Positions 37,178 to 51,600 are shown, counted from the stretch's first letter. The stretch is 64,000 nucleotides of DNA from Octopus vulgaris (GCA_951406725.2 OX597821.1:44020001-44084000); one strand, 5' to 3'. Program-made: numbers and translations. Notes: generated from the letters alone by a model not told the origin.

Positions 37178-37414
37178 GTAATGTGTGAAAGAGCAAAAGA
37201 TCTGGTAATTCAATCCGCAAATATGACTCCGATTAGTGATGGATATAAAAGACAAATGTACATGATAGACATTTTCGTTTTAAATCTATAAATAACTACA
37301 TATTAAAAATACATATGTGTAAATTAATAGAGTTTTGAAAAATCCCCGGATGGAAATATAAAAACGTTAAAACGTGCGTATAGGTAAAAATATTGGAGAA
37401 AGTTCGAAATGGTG

Positions 37415-38214
37415 ATATATATATTAATAAATGAAATAAAACATATGCATATATATAAACATATATGTACGTACCTACCTCTACATGTACATATACACGC
37501 ATATATGAGTACAGGACACCAAAGGGACGTCGAACACAAAGAGAAACGAAAACATAGACACAAACCAAAGGAACTGGACATTTTTTTAAAAACAACAAAA
37601 AATGGAGTACAGGACAATTAACACAACGAAAAAACCCCTTCTTCAGTCGCTAAGGTTTCATCTACTCTACGTTTCGAAGGATAAAAGCGAGACGTATCTT
37701 CGACAAGAAACTTTCCTTCCTGCGAAAAGCAAATCAATTAAAATTCTGAGATCTTTTCGCAGAGGGGTAAAAAATGGTAAAAAAATGGTAAAAAAACAGG
37801 ACAGTAACGACAGTACAAAAATATAAACAGTAAAAAAATAAACAGTAAAAAATATAAACAGTAAAAAAATATAACAGTAAAAGACAGGACAGGGAAAAAC
37901 AAGATAAGAAGGGCTGTTGACGCCGAACGAAAAAAGTATTGCAAACGCAGAATTTTTTGTGAACGACAGGAGAGCAGGAAGAATGTCGTCCAGTTACCTT
38001 GAAGGCCAGGCCAAAAAGACAGTCAGGGCGGAAGTATCGTCGCGGGTGGACGACGGGAAGGGGGGAGGAGGAGCAAGAGGAAGGGAGAGAAGAAGGGGAA
38101 AGGCTGCGAGGAGACCATGAAGAATGGTGAGGGGGAGAGAGAGAGTGAAGAATGAGAGAGAGAGGAAGAGACAAGTTAAGTGGGGGAAAAAGAAAATCAA
38201 AGAATAGGGATGGG

Positions 38215-38269
<55 letters not shown>

Positions 38270-39102
38270 GAATTTTAATTTCGCTCCGCATTGTACCTTT
38301 TAACTTTGCTTCCATCACCATTTCGTTTTATTTATTATTTTGTTATTATATGATCGAACGTCACGCATCCACTTCCAAGTAAGTTTTATCTTAATAATTA
38401 CGATGCGCACTCTTAACTTTACTTTTCCTCCTTGCCTGTCTCTCTCCCTCTCTTATTCTTCATCCTTTCTAGTTTTCTCTCCCACCCTTCCCTATTCTTC
38501 TTCTCTCCTTTTCACCGTTCCTTCACTCTTCCTCCTCCTCCCTCTCGTCGCTGACACGTGACCAGAGGGTTACTTTCTTTCTGACTACTGCCTTCAACAA
38601 GTCTACACGGCTTACCCTGTCCCTCTCGTAAGCCGTTTTCTCAAAACGTTCAAAATAATTGTTCCTTTCGTCTCGACTTAACAGCCCTTATCGTTTGTTT
38701 TTACTGTGTTATTCTCCTTGTCCTGTCTTTTACTGTTTTTATTTGTATTGTTTTTACTGTCCTGTTCTTGTTACCACTTTTATCCCTCCGCAAAAAATCC
38801 CAAATTTTATTTAATTTGCTTTGCGGAAAGGGCTGTTTCAACGAAGTCGTGTCTTGCCCTTACCTTCGAAACACGGAGTAGTCGAAGCAGGGGCAGCTGA
38901 AGAAGGGGAAAATTCCTTGTGTTGTATCTCTTGTACTCTGGTTTTTCGTTGTTTGAAAAAAGTCCGTTTCCATGTTTTGGTTTCTCATTGTGTTCTACGT
39001 TTTTTTTGGTGTCCTGTACCCATATATGCATGTATATATACATATAGATGTAGGTATGTACATATATGTAAATATATGCATATGTTTTATTTATTATTTT
39101 GT

Positions 39103-39110
<8 letters not shown>
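37415..39110. mobile_element. Two diverged copies (about 800 bp each) of one repeat in inverted orientation around a (TA)n tract; possibly Penelope-like
   Basis: 37425-37930 aligns to the reverse complement of 38670-39105 (e.g. GTACAGGACACCAAA / TTTGGTGTCCTGTAC); CTTCGAAAC and CTGAAGAAGGGG words occur in both. Confidence 0.7.
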
Positions 39111-39156
<46 letters not shown>

Positions 39157-39883
39157 TATATATATGTGTGTATATGTCTGTAGTTATGTTTACATTTTTT
39201 TAATGTAACAGCGTTAATGCTGTTTCCCATTACGTCCCCTGCGTTAGTGGCACGAAAAAACGATATCGATAAAATAAGTAACAAAGTGGAAAAAAAATTA
39301 CTGTGATTAATGTGTTAGCATAAACTCAGGAAAGCATTGTTCCATCTAAACAAGTGAAAAAATAAGTCTGACTGTTTTGAATTAATTTCTAAACAATTCT
39401 AGTTTCCTACTCTAACTAATGGACCACCTCGTATATTCATTTAATTAGTAAGTCAGTTATAACAACTATTTCCATGTGTATAGGACATGCACTGTGATAA
39501 GCTCAAAATACAACCAAAATTTAACTAAATTTATCTGCTTTAATATCTATAAATATCTAAATATAATAGGCATTGTCTCCTTTACATGCCTTCCCTGTCG
39601 CTTACCCTTCACTTCTCTGTGCGTCTTCCCACCTCCAAATGTATGGGCAACCAAAGGCAACTAGCAGCTTTGATATTTTCGCTTGATCAGTAGTTTCATT
39701 GAAACACTGACAGGCCATTTAGTTTGCTGATGAACACTAGATGGAATTGTACGTTATAACTTTCAATGTCCTTGCATAAAATGCATATAATTGCACATAT
39801 ATAATTATACATACATGCATACATACGTACGTACGTACGTACATTCATATATACATGCATCTCTCTCTCTCTCTCTTTCTCTT

Positions 39884-39927
<44 letters not shown>

Positions 39928-40004
39928 ATGTAACTATTCAAAATGAATAGACATACGTACATACACACACACAAGCATACATACATACACACACATACAC
40001 ACAT

Positions 40005-41955
40005 GCAGGAAGTGTGGAGATGTGCCAAACAACTTTGGATAAAAGAAGCTGTATTGTCTGAAGTGATAAAACATCGTAGAAGTCTTACAAGAGTACGGCT
40101 TGATTATAGGAAGGCATTCGACTATATTTCTCACTCATGGCTGCTGAAGTTTCAACACTTGCCCGAAGTACCTGCCACTTTAAGTACTGCCATTGAGAGG
40201 TTCACAAAAACCTGGGCAATAATTCTTACATTTAGAACTGAGAGCAGAATGACCGTCTCCAATCTTAAAAAAATATTTCAAAGGGAATATTCCAAGGAGA
40301 CTTTCTGTAATTATTTTCATTTTGGCATTAAATCTATTATCATCCCTACTACAAAAATCAAATGACCACATGCTGGGGTCTGCAACTGCCAGAGATATTA
40401 ATGTAACCCTTAATTTTATGCTAAAAATGGTAACGATGCCAAAACACAGCTGGAATTGATAACAACATATTCAGCTGACATGAGAATGGAATTTAGCCAA
40501 AAGTAAGGTTCATATTTGTTGAACGCGGGTAATCAGTCTTCCAGACTCAAACCTGTGCATAAACGGTCTCACTATCTCTTCTGCTGCATACAACGAATGC
40601 TACAAATACCTAGGCATTGATGAAAACATATCATACAAACTGTGAATAAAGAAGGAATGACCCGAGGATATTATGCCAGACTTAAAAGAGTGTGGCAGTC
40701 AGAACTCTCCTCTTACATCAAGACAATATATCACTATGCATTTGCAGCACCAGTTTTGATTCCGACATTTGGGATACTTGGGTAGTTTATAGAAGAAATC
40801 TACTCTATAGACGTTAAAACCCGCAAGACACGAGCAACAATTGGGAATTTCCGCATGAATAGTGGTATCGACAGGCTTTACCTGAGAACAGATAAAGGAG
40901 GTAGAGGCGTGAAATCAGTGCAAAATAACCATCGTAGAGTGTCTATCAGACAATACTTGCAAAATAACAGCTTCAAAAATAAATACATTGACTTAGTTCT
41001 GGAAAGTGAGGAAAGCAATATCCTACCCCGGTGGTATTTGGACTCAGAGAGCACCTCACGAAGCACTCTCTTCCTAATGATTTCTTATACAACACCCAAA
41101 CAGTCAGACTAACAACTCAAAGAAGACCTTGGTGTGAAACGCTCAGCATACCAAAAATACACTAAGCATAAGTATGTTTCTCAAAGACTTGAAGAAGACA
41201 GTAATATCGACATGAACCAAATCCTCTCCTGGATCGTGACTGCGACATCATATCGCACTTCCAAGAACATGCATTTGCAATCCAAAAATGTGCGATTGCT
41301 GCGAAATACTTAGTAAACAAGAGAGACAGTGAAATCCTTAAAGCTCCAAGGTGCAACCGCAATATAGTTTATGTCATATTTCTGTGGAAGACATCACAAA
41401 TGGGATTAGCAGTTGCCCAAAAATCTCGCCACGGTTCTATCCCCCCTATGCGACATGGCGTTGTTGCAAAAACAATATATAATGTCATTCAGAATAAAAG
41501 ATTGTCCTGGAATAAATATAGAGAATCCTCTGTTATTGAATACATGCACGAACACCAACTGAAAGAAAACTGGTGGGATATTCCCATCAAAACATCTGCC
41601 AAATGTAAACATAATAGGCCGAATATTGTTGTTTGGGGCAAAAAAAGAAAAATATGTACCGTCATAGAGGTCAGTTGTCCTACTGATATGAATACCTATT
41701 CGAAAACCAAAGAGAAAGAGGATAATTATGGGCAATTGCTTTGAAACCTCCAGCTTCAGTTCATAGATTATAAATTCACATTTATTCCAATAATAACTGG
41801 TGCACTTGGTTTTTGTAAGTAAATGCCCAAGTGACAATTTGGATAAGCTGTGGTTTTCAGAAAAAGAAATCAACCAACTGACTCACAAATTAAAAATACA
41901 ATTTATAAATTGAACAGTGAAAATATGCAGACTTTTCTCAAGTTTAAAATGTGAC
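40005..41955 (+). mobile_element. R4/Dong-like non-LTR retrotransposon relic, copy 2
   Basis: LDYRKAFDYISHSWL, YKYLG, DRLYLRTDKGGRGVKS, MRHGVVAK, WWDIPIKT..HNRPNIVVW..IEVSCP..KEKEDNY. Confidence 0.9.
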
Positions 41956-42149
41956 ATTGTTTTTGTTATTTACATTCCATCGATGGAGCTTAGTATCTTT
42001 TTTAGAAACCAGCTCCATCCTTAAAGGAAAAATTAAAAGATTTGAAAACAGAAGAGAATATATACGCGCGCGCATGTGTGTGAGCGTGTGTGTGTGCGTG
42101 TGTGTGTGTGTGTGTGTGACTATTTAATATGTGTATAGTTACTAAAGTG

Positions 42150-42355
42150 ACGAGCTGTCAGTATTGTTACTGTGCTGGAGAAAATGCTTAGTCTTCCAAC
42201 TTTATGTTCTGAGTTCAGATACCACCGGAGTCGACTTTGCATTTCATCCCTTCTGGGTCGATGAGATAAGAGCCAATTGAGCACTGAGGTCGATGTAATC
42301 GGCTTACCTCTCTCCCGCAAGATTGCTGGCCTTGTACCAAAATCTGAAACAAGTA
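42150..42355 (+). mobile_element. SINE family B, diverged
   Basis: GTTCTGAGTTCAGATACC...GTCGACTTTGCATTTCATCC matches the 56243 element. Confidence 0.7.
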
Positions 42356-42917
42356 TGTGTATAGTTACTATATAAAATATATGTAGCTGTATGTATATTT
42401 GATTATTTATCGATTAAGAGGAACATGTATTTTACTCAGATAATCCTTTTAAATACCGTTTGCAACAAATAATTAACTATAAAACTAGACATTTATCAGC
42501 CCTGGAAACCCCACCAGGCACACACTAATTAAAATAATATTGCTCATTAATTAATATTTTTAAAAATCTTCTTCTTTTTCGTTGCCGAATATTCATTTTT
42601 AGTTAAGTTAGCTTTTTAATGTCATATGCATTAATTAGAGTAATACTAATAAGCCGAGCATATTTATCATTATCTATAAAAACACTGAATGTATATTCAT
42701 ATATTCATAGTATCTGTTAAATGTTTTCCCAAAGCCCAATAAATTAATATAAAAATATAGTAAACTGTGTAGATTAGAGATAAAACTCGACAGTGTTGAA
42801 GCTGCTGCCCGGTTTCGATCTCTGATTGTATCCATTTCCCTTCACTTCAGTCACTAATACCATTGAAAAAGACATGAACATCATACACATGCAATCTTAC
42901 AGTCATCCCCACCCCAT

Positions 42918-42921
42918 TATA

Positions 42922-43016
<95 letters not shown>

Positions 43017-43210
43017 GTGTGTATATATATATGTGTATATATATATATATATGTGTGTATATATATATATATGCATATATATATATATATACATATATTC
43101 TATATATATATATATATCTATTCTATATATATATATATATATATATCTATTCTATATATATATATATATCTATTCTATATATATATATATATATAAATAT
43201 ATATATATAA
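42918..43210. repeat. (TA)n compound microsatellite
   Basis: TA run with TG and TCTATTC interruptions. Confidence 0.95.
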
Positions 43211-44830
43211 AGAAATCTAACTCTTACGTCAAACTAAGAAATCAGTATATAAACCTAACAGTTTAATGGTTTCTAGAACATCAATTATCGATTTTGTAAC
43301 TAAAATTGCATACTGCCATCTTCCTGCGGTTTGTGTTCTCTATAACAATGACGGAAGTAGTCTTAAATTTCTTTAAATGTTTGGTAATTCTGTTAAGTGT
43401 AATATTTTCTTATTTCCCATTAAAAGATTCGGTTCAGCTTATTTATTAAGAGAAAAAAAAACTTCTTTTTTTTATATCTTAGTCCCCTCCATTTTCCACA
43501 ATATATCAGCAATGTAACAATATAACAAAATATTCAGACATAAACGAAGGAATATCAATTCTTTTATTTTTCTTCTTGAAAAGAATTGTTTACTTAAAAC
43601 GTTTGTTGCCTCATTTTTTACCCCCATTTAAACCTAACAGATGACTAGAATATTCTATGTAAAATGTTGCAGAACTTGAAGTGTCAAAGTAAGAAAATGA
43701 TGTGTGGTAGCTGAAGACAAGACGAATAAAATATACACGTATAGAGACATATTAGTAAATAACTAGGATAGCTGCAATAAATCAAGAGGAACCACAAGCA
43801 TTTTCCAAGATAAACGCATAAAAAAAGAAGATGTAAAATGTAATGATTACAAGAAACTAATATGATTTTATAGCGGTGCTTTGCCTGCATTTTAACAATG
43901 GATTGCATTAGCAGCGAAGGCAAAATCTTCCACTCCCATTCTGAGAACCGAGGCGGTTTCTTTTCTTTCTTTTCCGTATATACCAGCTGCAAATGTAATG
44001 ATCTTTGCGATCCTTCCACAGAAAACTGAAAAACATAATTCTATTTCATTACCAAGCGCTATAGAAGAAGAAATGACTGCAAATATTGAAATACTGCCAG
44101 AGGAGCGACTAGCAGCGAGTTCAGTTAGATGAAAGTATTGACTCTCTATTTACTACAATACCAATTTTCGTAGCATTCTTTCTCCGTGATTTTCAATGAA
44201 ACAACCAACATCCAAAGACTTTTGTGATATTACAAATTTACCACTATTATTGCAAAGATTTTTCTTTCTATCTACTTTTTTCTTTCCTCTTAAATTTTGA
44301 ACAATGTCCGAAGAGAAAATAAAGTTGTCATATTTATTGGCATCGATACAGATTGGTATTCATTCCATGTCAGAAAGACTGCATCAAGCTAGTTACGTCC
44401 ACCGAATAACTTATTCTCTCAATGAAAGGACTTCGAGTGTATGCATAATCTTTATTAGCCTGGAATAAGACTGAAAACTAGTCTATTCATAAGATTTACT
44501 TAACTCTTCACATTTTTTTAATATACATTATATTATTACTTTTGAAGAACTTTGTTATGTCTAAAGAATCTTTATATTATATTCAGAACTTAGCTGTTTC
44601 TCTCTTTGTGGCTATTTCATTTGGATTCGCTACTTTTACATAACACTGAATAATTTGCCACTCCTTACGATTTGCTTTAATGTTTGTTGTTCTTTAATAT
44701 TTGCATTCTAAATCGATTGGCTACACCATTCACTCACCTTATCCCATTCTTTTCCTTCATTATCCCTTCTTTGGAGGAAGGTAGAAGAAAGAGAAAAAGA
44801 AAAAAATGTAAGTAAATGATACAACATTTA

Positions 44831-45241
44831 GGCGCAGGAGTGGCTGTGTGGTAAGTAGCTTGTTTACCAACCACATGGTTCCGGGTTCAGTCCCACTGCG
44901 TGGCACTTTGGGCAAGTGTATTCTACTATAGCCTCGGGCCGACCAAAGCCTTGTGAGTGGATTTGGTAGACGGAAACTGTAAGAAGCCCGTCGTATATAT
45001 GTATATATGTGTGTGTGTGTGTTTGTGTCTGTGTTTGTCCCCCTAGGATTGCTTGACAACCGATGCTGGTGTGTTTATGTCCCCGTAACTTAGCGGTTCG
45101 GCAAAAGAGACCGATAGTAAAAATTAAAGGGCTTACAAAAGAATAAGTCCCGGGGTCGAGTTGCTCGATTAAAGGCGGTGCTCCAGCATGGCCGCAGTCA
45201 AATGACTGAAACAAGTAAAAGAGAAAAGAGTAAAAGAGTAA
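44831..45241 (+). mobile_element. SINE family A, full length
   Basis: Colinear with and highly similar to the 3508 and 31756 copies. Confidence 0.93.
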
Positions 45242-45572
45242 CAATTTTATATTAACTGGAAGGTGGAACAAACGTCATTGTGAAGTTGTTCACCATCACA
45301 ACTGACAATGTTCTTGCTTTTGCTGTTGGTCACAAATGTGACGTGGCTGCGTGGTAGAGTAACTCTTCAGCACATCAGATGTTGCTTTCCAACTAACTAA
45401 ACAGTAGAACGACAGTAACATAAAATATGATAAAACGCCTGAAGTTATACATTAATAAATACAAACACACATGCATATATACTTATACATGCATGCATAC
45501 CTACCTACTTATCGAAGAATCTATAAGTCAGAAAAAATATGCACTCGTTTATTCGTCAATAGAGCGGGTATA

Positions 45573-45799
45573 TTAATCGAAGTGTACGGTATTATATATC
45601 CATTACGGCCGATCTTACTAAGCGGTTTCGCATTAGGGGTTCAATAGACTTTTAGGTAACAACCCGCACTCTTCAGAGGTGGCAGTTACGCAGGATTACA
45701 TAATAGGGCTGTCACCTAACATTCTGTTGAACCTCTTATGCGAAAGCTATTGGTAAGATCGATCGTAATTGATATATGATACAATACACTTCGATTAAC
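45573..45799. repeat. Imperfect palindrome with about 90-bp arms
   Basis: TTAATCGAAGTGTA...TTTCGCAT...TTAGGT pairs with ACCTAA...ATGCGAAA...TACACTTCGATTAA. Confidence 0.8.
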
Positions 45800-45801
45800 A
45801 A

Positions 45802-45832
<31 letters not shown>

Positions 45833-45839
45833 GTATATA

Positions 45840-46027
45840 TACCAGTCGCCATGATAGATCGTTAGCCACTATACACATTTTTTTCTCTCCTTGTTTTTTC
45901 TGTGTCCCTTTGAGCGTAGGCTCGAAACGTAAAAGACTTTTTCTATTCCTGAACGTTATACTAATACATCTGTTTGTTTTGTACACCACCTGTCTTCGTC
46001 TTTTGTTTTTTTCGTAAACTCTCCCTA
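45840..46027 (+). mobile_element. Penelope-like terminal-repeat fragment
   Basis: GAGCGTAGGCTCGAAACGTAAAAG (stem II-GAAA-ACGT); homologous to 36005-36185. Confidence 0.55.
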
Positions 46028-46072
46028 TATATATATATATATTTACATATATATATATTTATATATATATAC

Positions 46073-46128
<56 letters not shown>

Positions 46129-47419
46129 GCACATCTATCTAGGTACATACATACGTAAGCATAGTGGTAAGTGTTTTAGGCTCATGCTGCTGAACTCGTG
46201 GTTTCAATTCCTGTATCAGGTGGTGTGTTATGTCCTTGAGCAAAACAAGTTGTTACAGTACATTCAACTGTAATAAGTTCCAGCCAGGTGCCAGTGCAGT
46301 TTTCTTTACCTCCAGCCATCACATCTTGGATATTCCGCTGGGTACGGAACGGAAGGGCTGAGAGAGTGTCTATGTCGTCGCAAGCATAAGGAGACACCTT
46401 AAATAAAACTTGCTTGTCGTGATAGCTCGCTATACTCTACTTCATTGTACTTTGGGTGCGTATGTGTGTGTGTACACATAAACACATAATTTCATGCTTT
46501 GAATTGGCAATTCTATACCTGTTCTGTTGTTTTCTGTAATTTCTATACACCCTGCCAATTCCTTTGTATATTTGGGTTTGGTAACAAATTTTTTCTAGGA
46601 TCGACTTTTATCTCCCACCAAAGTAAATAACAGCGCTTTAATGATTCGATTAAAACGGTTAAATTCCGTCTCTTTTCTTCAAAAATTTGTAATGTGCGAA
46701 GTAACAAAAAAAAAAAAAAAAAATCGATTATATGCAACCCATAAATAAATTAAACAATTACATCGCAAACAGAACATTTCGGAAGTATACAAATATATTT
46801 TTTTCCTGAAAATTTTTTACTTCATTAAATATATTAATTGAACAATTCAATCTGAAATGGCTGAAATTTGCAAGAGTTTTCAGTGAATATTCTCTTCGTT
46901 TAGTGTCCATTAACGATGGTAAAAACTAAAGAAGTTTATACATTTATCACAATCTGTGTCTGAAGTACCAGACCTGGCATAATCTTTCGCAGTTAATCAA
47001 TATAATCTAAATGTTTTTATATATCAACTGTTTCTAAATTGAAAATAGTGTTTCCAAGCAGTTTACATAATAAATTTTACTGAACTCTTGGATTATGTTT
47101 TGCTGCGATGTCTCTACTGGGGTACCGTCGTCAAAGGTTTTAGTTTCCAGTACCTATTTCTGCCGGGTAGTTATTTCATAGATATTCTTTTATCCAGCCG
47201 ATAAGTCGCTGTTTTGACATAATGAGACCCAAATAACCAGCGGTTTATACACTGTAAAAGATAGGCACGGAAACAGACACAAACACATACATACGTACGC
47301 ATGTGCGTGCGTATGTACGTATGCGCGCGCGTGTTGAAGCATTCAGGATTGGTCTTATGCGTGAGCAGTAAGGGTGTAACTTTTTAGGATGACCTGCACT
47401 CTTTGGCTCAGATGTTATA

Positions 47420-48572
47420 TACATGAGTACCTCCAACTACAGGACCCGCTTGTTGGTCATCAAGCACTTTCATATGCTGTTTCAAGCCCCCAGTGATAAG
47501 CAAATCTTGCTGCATTCAAGGCATTGTAGTTATGCAGTGTAAGGCGCAGTCCAAGCCAGCTCCCTATACATGGTTTCTTTTGTAACTTTTCAGTCGCGCT
47601 CTGCTGAAGCAGACTCTCTCACATTCATGTTAGCTCACTCTGGTCACCCATATATCCTGGAAATATTACCTTCAAACCCTTTCACACATCCCTCTTCAAC
47701 TTTTCTTGACCTTTTCGAGTTATTTCGAAATCCTCACTTCTGTCATATATTTCTTTCCTCTATCTTACCCAATCTGTTGCATTTTTCTTCCCAGTCTTTT
47801 ACCGAGATGTTAGCTTTCTTGAAGGGTGTTTACATGCAATCTTTGAACTTCAGCTTAAGTTTATGAAATGGACGATTTCTTTCTTCAGCGCATAGGAGTT
47901 GCTTCGGAGTCAAGTAGTCTACCATTCTCACTAAGTGACCCGTCCATCATAGTCCGTACTGCAAAAGGATTGGCATATTACTTTGACAGTGACTTCTTTC
48001 AAGGACCTCTACATCACTTACGCACATTTTCCAATGTAGGCCCAAGATATGGCATAGACAACGCTGGTGGAAGTGTTCCAGCTGCTTCAGATGTTTTTGA
48101 TAGGTTACCCACATCTCCCAAGGGTACAACAGGGCGACCAACACACACGTTATATAAATCTTCACTTTAGTATCAGTACAGATACCACGCTGAGACCACA
48201 GGCGCTTTTCCAGCTTTCTAAAAGCACCAATGTTTTACTGATTCTTATCGAGATTTCATTTTCAAAAATGCATTTATTAAGGGTGCTACCAGGATACACA
48301 GACCAATTCGACCGTACACTCAGATATCTGGTTCCGAGTATGGCTCTCCTGGCTCAGGCTGATAAAAGACAGCAGTCTTTTTAGGACTTATCATCAAGTC
48401 TAGCGCAGTACAAGATTTGGAGGAGTCCATAATACATTGTATGTCTTCTTGAGTGTAAGCGAAGAGATCGCAGTCATCTACGTAGAAAAGTTCTCTGAGC
48501 AACGATGACATGACTTGTGAATCTGCACTGAAGCGTCTTATATTGAAAAGTTTCTCGGGTGTACAAAACATA
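47420..48572 (-). mobile_element. RTE/BovB-type LINE ORF2 relic
   Basis: LFNIRRF..LLRELFYVDDCDL (RT catalytic motif), ISPKKTAV, LLYPWEMW..LEHFHQRCLCHILG..VSDVEVLERS. Confidence 0.88.
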
Positions 48573-48577
48573 ACATA

Positions 48578-49325
48578 CGAGGGAAGTCAAAAATTATACG
48601 CATTCTTGTTTCCTGTAATTTATTAAAACAAAAGCAAGGGTTGAACAATTACATCACGCAGCCATTTATGTTCCGTTTCTTGAGCTTCGTTCATAGCAAA
48701 TCGACGACCTTGTAAAGTATATTTGCCTGGTCCAATGGAAGAGGCGAGATCGGGACTGTATGCAGGTTGTCCCTGCAACTTGAAACCCAATTTTTCAATC
48801 GTTTTTACGCTGTAGATGACAGTATATAGGTGAGCATTGCCGTACAAAAATAACATTTGCTTTGACAATAGACCTCGGCGTTGAGTGTGTATTGCTGGTT
48901 TCACTGGTGACTTAGGCCACTTTTTTCTGGTAATGGCCAATATAGGACCTTTTGTGCCCTTCCCTAGAAAAACGGTTACCATCACTTTTTCTGCGAAAGG
49001 TTGAGTCTTGCATTTCTTTTTCGTTGGTGATTCCGGGTGTTTCCTCTCCATACTTTGCCTTTTGGATTCTGGTTGTTAGTGATGAACCTTGGCCTTATCT
49101 CATGTGATTATTCTCTTTAAAATAGTATTGCCTTCATCGTTGTAACGGTCGCGTAAGCGTTGATAGATCACCACACAAATACATGATCGTGCATGTGCAC
49201 GTCAGTAATCTCCCTCGCACAGACTTTATAGAAGCGAAGCTTGTGGTAGATGATTTCGTATGCAGAAGCATGACTAATCTGCAGAGAACATGCCACCTCT
49301 TCGATTGTCATTCGTCGGTTCGGCA
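48578..49325 (-). mobile_element. mariner relic (3' part with TIR), same family as 15356-16410
   Basis: KHPESPTKKKCKTQP, LYGNAHLY, PAYSPDLASS; TA followed by the TIR CGAGGGAAGTCAAAAATTAT. Confidence 0.88.
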
Positions 49326-50599
49326 GTTAGATTGTTAGATTGCTTTGTGGATTCTGAAAAGGCCTCAAAAAGCCGAAATGCATTTGGTGTTCTCGCTGGC
49401 TACTACTAGGGCCATTTTTCGTTTTCTTCCTATATTTATTGAGTTTTTAACAAATCATGTTCAGAAGAGAGGTTATCTCAGGACCAGTACCTCAGTACTT
49501 GGGCTATCAACGATGCATATATGCATTAAGTATGATACATAGATGGCTATTTTACAGACAGACTGATAGATGAACTTACGCATATGAAATTTTACTTGTT
49601 TCAGTCCATTTACTTGGAAGATTTATAACAATTTATAAATAGAAAATACATACATATTGAGTCGAGTCAAAAGTTTGCAATATTTTGGTTACTTATTTGT
49701 CAAGCTACAACAAAAGCAGCCTAGCATTCCAAGTAGAGGCCATCGTGTCTGAAGCCACCTGTCTATGATCCTACGCTGATACCAGTTCTTGTCCAATTCT
49801 TCGAGGCTAATTATTTTCCACTTACCAACTAAAAAATAGCTCTCCTCTAATCATATACAGCACGTGATTTGGGAATGTATTTTAAATTAAGATATAATTC
49901 AGGTATAGAATATACGGATTTTAATTAGTAGCTTTAATTAAGACCAAGTTGACGTGTGTTTTGAGATGTACATATGTAGACTACTGTTTTACGAGGACAG
50001 TTGAATTATTTATTATTGGAAATGTATTCATATATGTTCATCTTTTTTAAGTCAACATATTTGTGAGAAGATGATTGACAACAGTAAAGACAGACAAGAT
50101 AAGTCATTTTTTGTGTGTGTGTTGTTTTATTTAAGCAGGCAGAAATAGATGTTGTTCAAAGATTCTCCGTTCAGCTTAATGTATATCATGATTTGAGAAA
50201 GTTGAAAAAGAATCACTTCTGTTTCGTGTTGTAGCATCCCGGTGTCTGAATGAAGAGAGGCTAGGAAGTCAACTGTTAGATTAGTCTGATGTCAAATAAA
50301 TGGAGCCAAAAGCCAGCCACATGTTGCTTTAGTGACCCAAACAACTAACTAGTGACTGGTGCGATAAAATTTCTGACTGGTTAGAATAACATTTGCAACA
50401 AAGCAGAAAAACCAATGTCAACAGCTAAATACAGTCACTATATTTTTTAACGTCAAGTTGAGGGAGGTTTTGTTGCTATTTCTAGCATGTTGAGAAACCA
50501 TTTAGAGGCTGTTCTCTCATTGGCCAAGATTTCTTGAAGTATAAGGAGCCTTTGTAATTAAAAACTCTTATATTTTCATGAACCACATGACCTTAGATA

Positions 50600-51501
50600 T
50601 TGGATCATCCGGTAAAAAATGCGGGTTTTTTATACTTCTTTATTCTTCAAAATTAAGATAAACAAAGTTTTTTTTTTTCAAATCTAAAAATATACTCTCC
50701 TTCATTTTTCTACAATGCTCTTCAATCAATCTGGTAGACTTGCAAGGCCCCTCTTTCAAAATTCACTTATCTGTGACGAAGAATACTCCCCCATTACTAC
50801 TTTCACCGCGTCCACAGAATTCATATACTTTCCGTCCAAATGATTTTGAAAACTGCGGAATAAATGAGCACTGTTCGACGAATATGATGGTTGTGGCATC
50901 GTTTCCCATTCAAACTGTTCCAGCCTTTGGAATGTCATCCTCGCTGTATGTGACCGAGCATTATCCTGATAGAAGAACAGCTTCCATCTCGAAACCAAAG
51001 ATGGTAGTTTTTCTTCTAGTGCTGACTTGAATGACTGGCTGAATGACCAAATCCAAGATTCTCTGCTAGTTCCTCAACAGTTATGATGGGATTTTGTTCC
51101 ATCAGGGTTTGAAGGACGTCCTCGTTGAGCTCTACAGATCTTCCAGGATGAGGCTCGTCTTCCAGGCTGTAGTTTCCCGCTCCGAATTTCTGGAACCACC
51201 GTTGACACTGGCTTATGCTTATTGTTATATCCCCATGTACTACATAAATATTCCTCGCACTTTCCGTTCCGTTGTTGCCTTTATTGAACTCATAAAGCGA
51301 AATATGCCGAATATGCTCCTTCCATTATAGTTCTGAAAAAATAATTGTTAAAATTGAACTGCACTCTTCAAAACTTGCACTAAGAATAAGTACAAGGTGA
51401 AATTACTACCTGCTTTTATAGCAGGTAGTTTATTCTGCCCCGCTCCGAATTTTAGTTCATGTAATTGAAAAAAAAACCGCATTGTTTATGGGCTGACCCA
51501 A
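50600..51501 (-). mobile_element. mariner element with both TIRs, internally deleted
   Basis: Imperfect TIRs TTGGATCATCC..AATGCGGGTTTTT / AAAAACCGCATT..GGCTGACCCAA with TA flanks; QDNARSH and LFRSFQNHL motifs. Confidence 0.88.
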
Positions 51502-51504
51502 TAT

Positions 51505-51569
51505 ATGTACACACACACAAGTACGTATCTATGTACGTATGCATGTATGTATATATATGTATGTACTAC

Positions 51570-51600
<31 letters not shown>

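Noticed and set aside
37734-38321. 195-aa minus-strand ORF
   Set aside because: Low-complexity translation of a TA tract and a CT-rich repeat.
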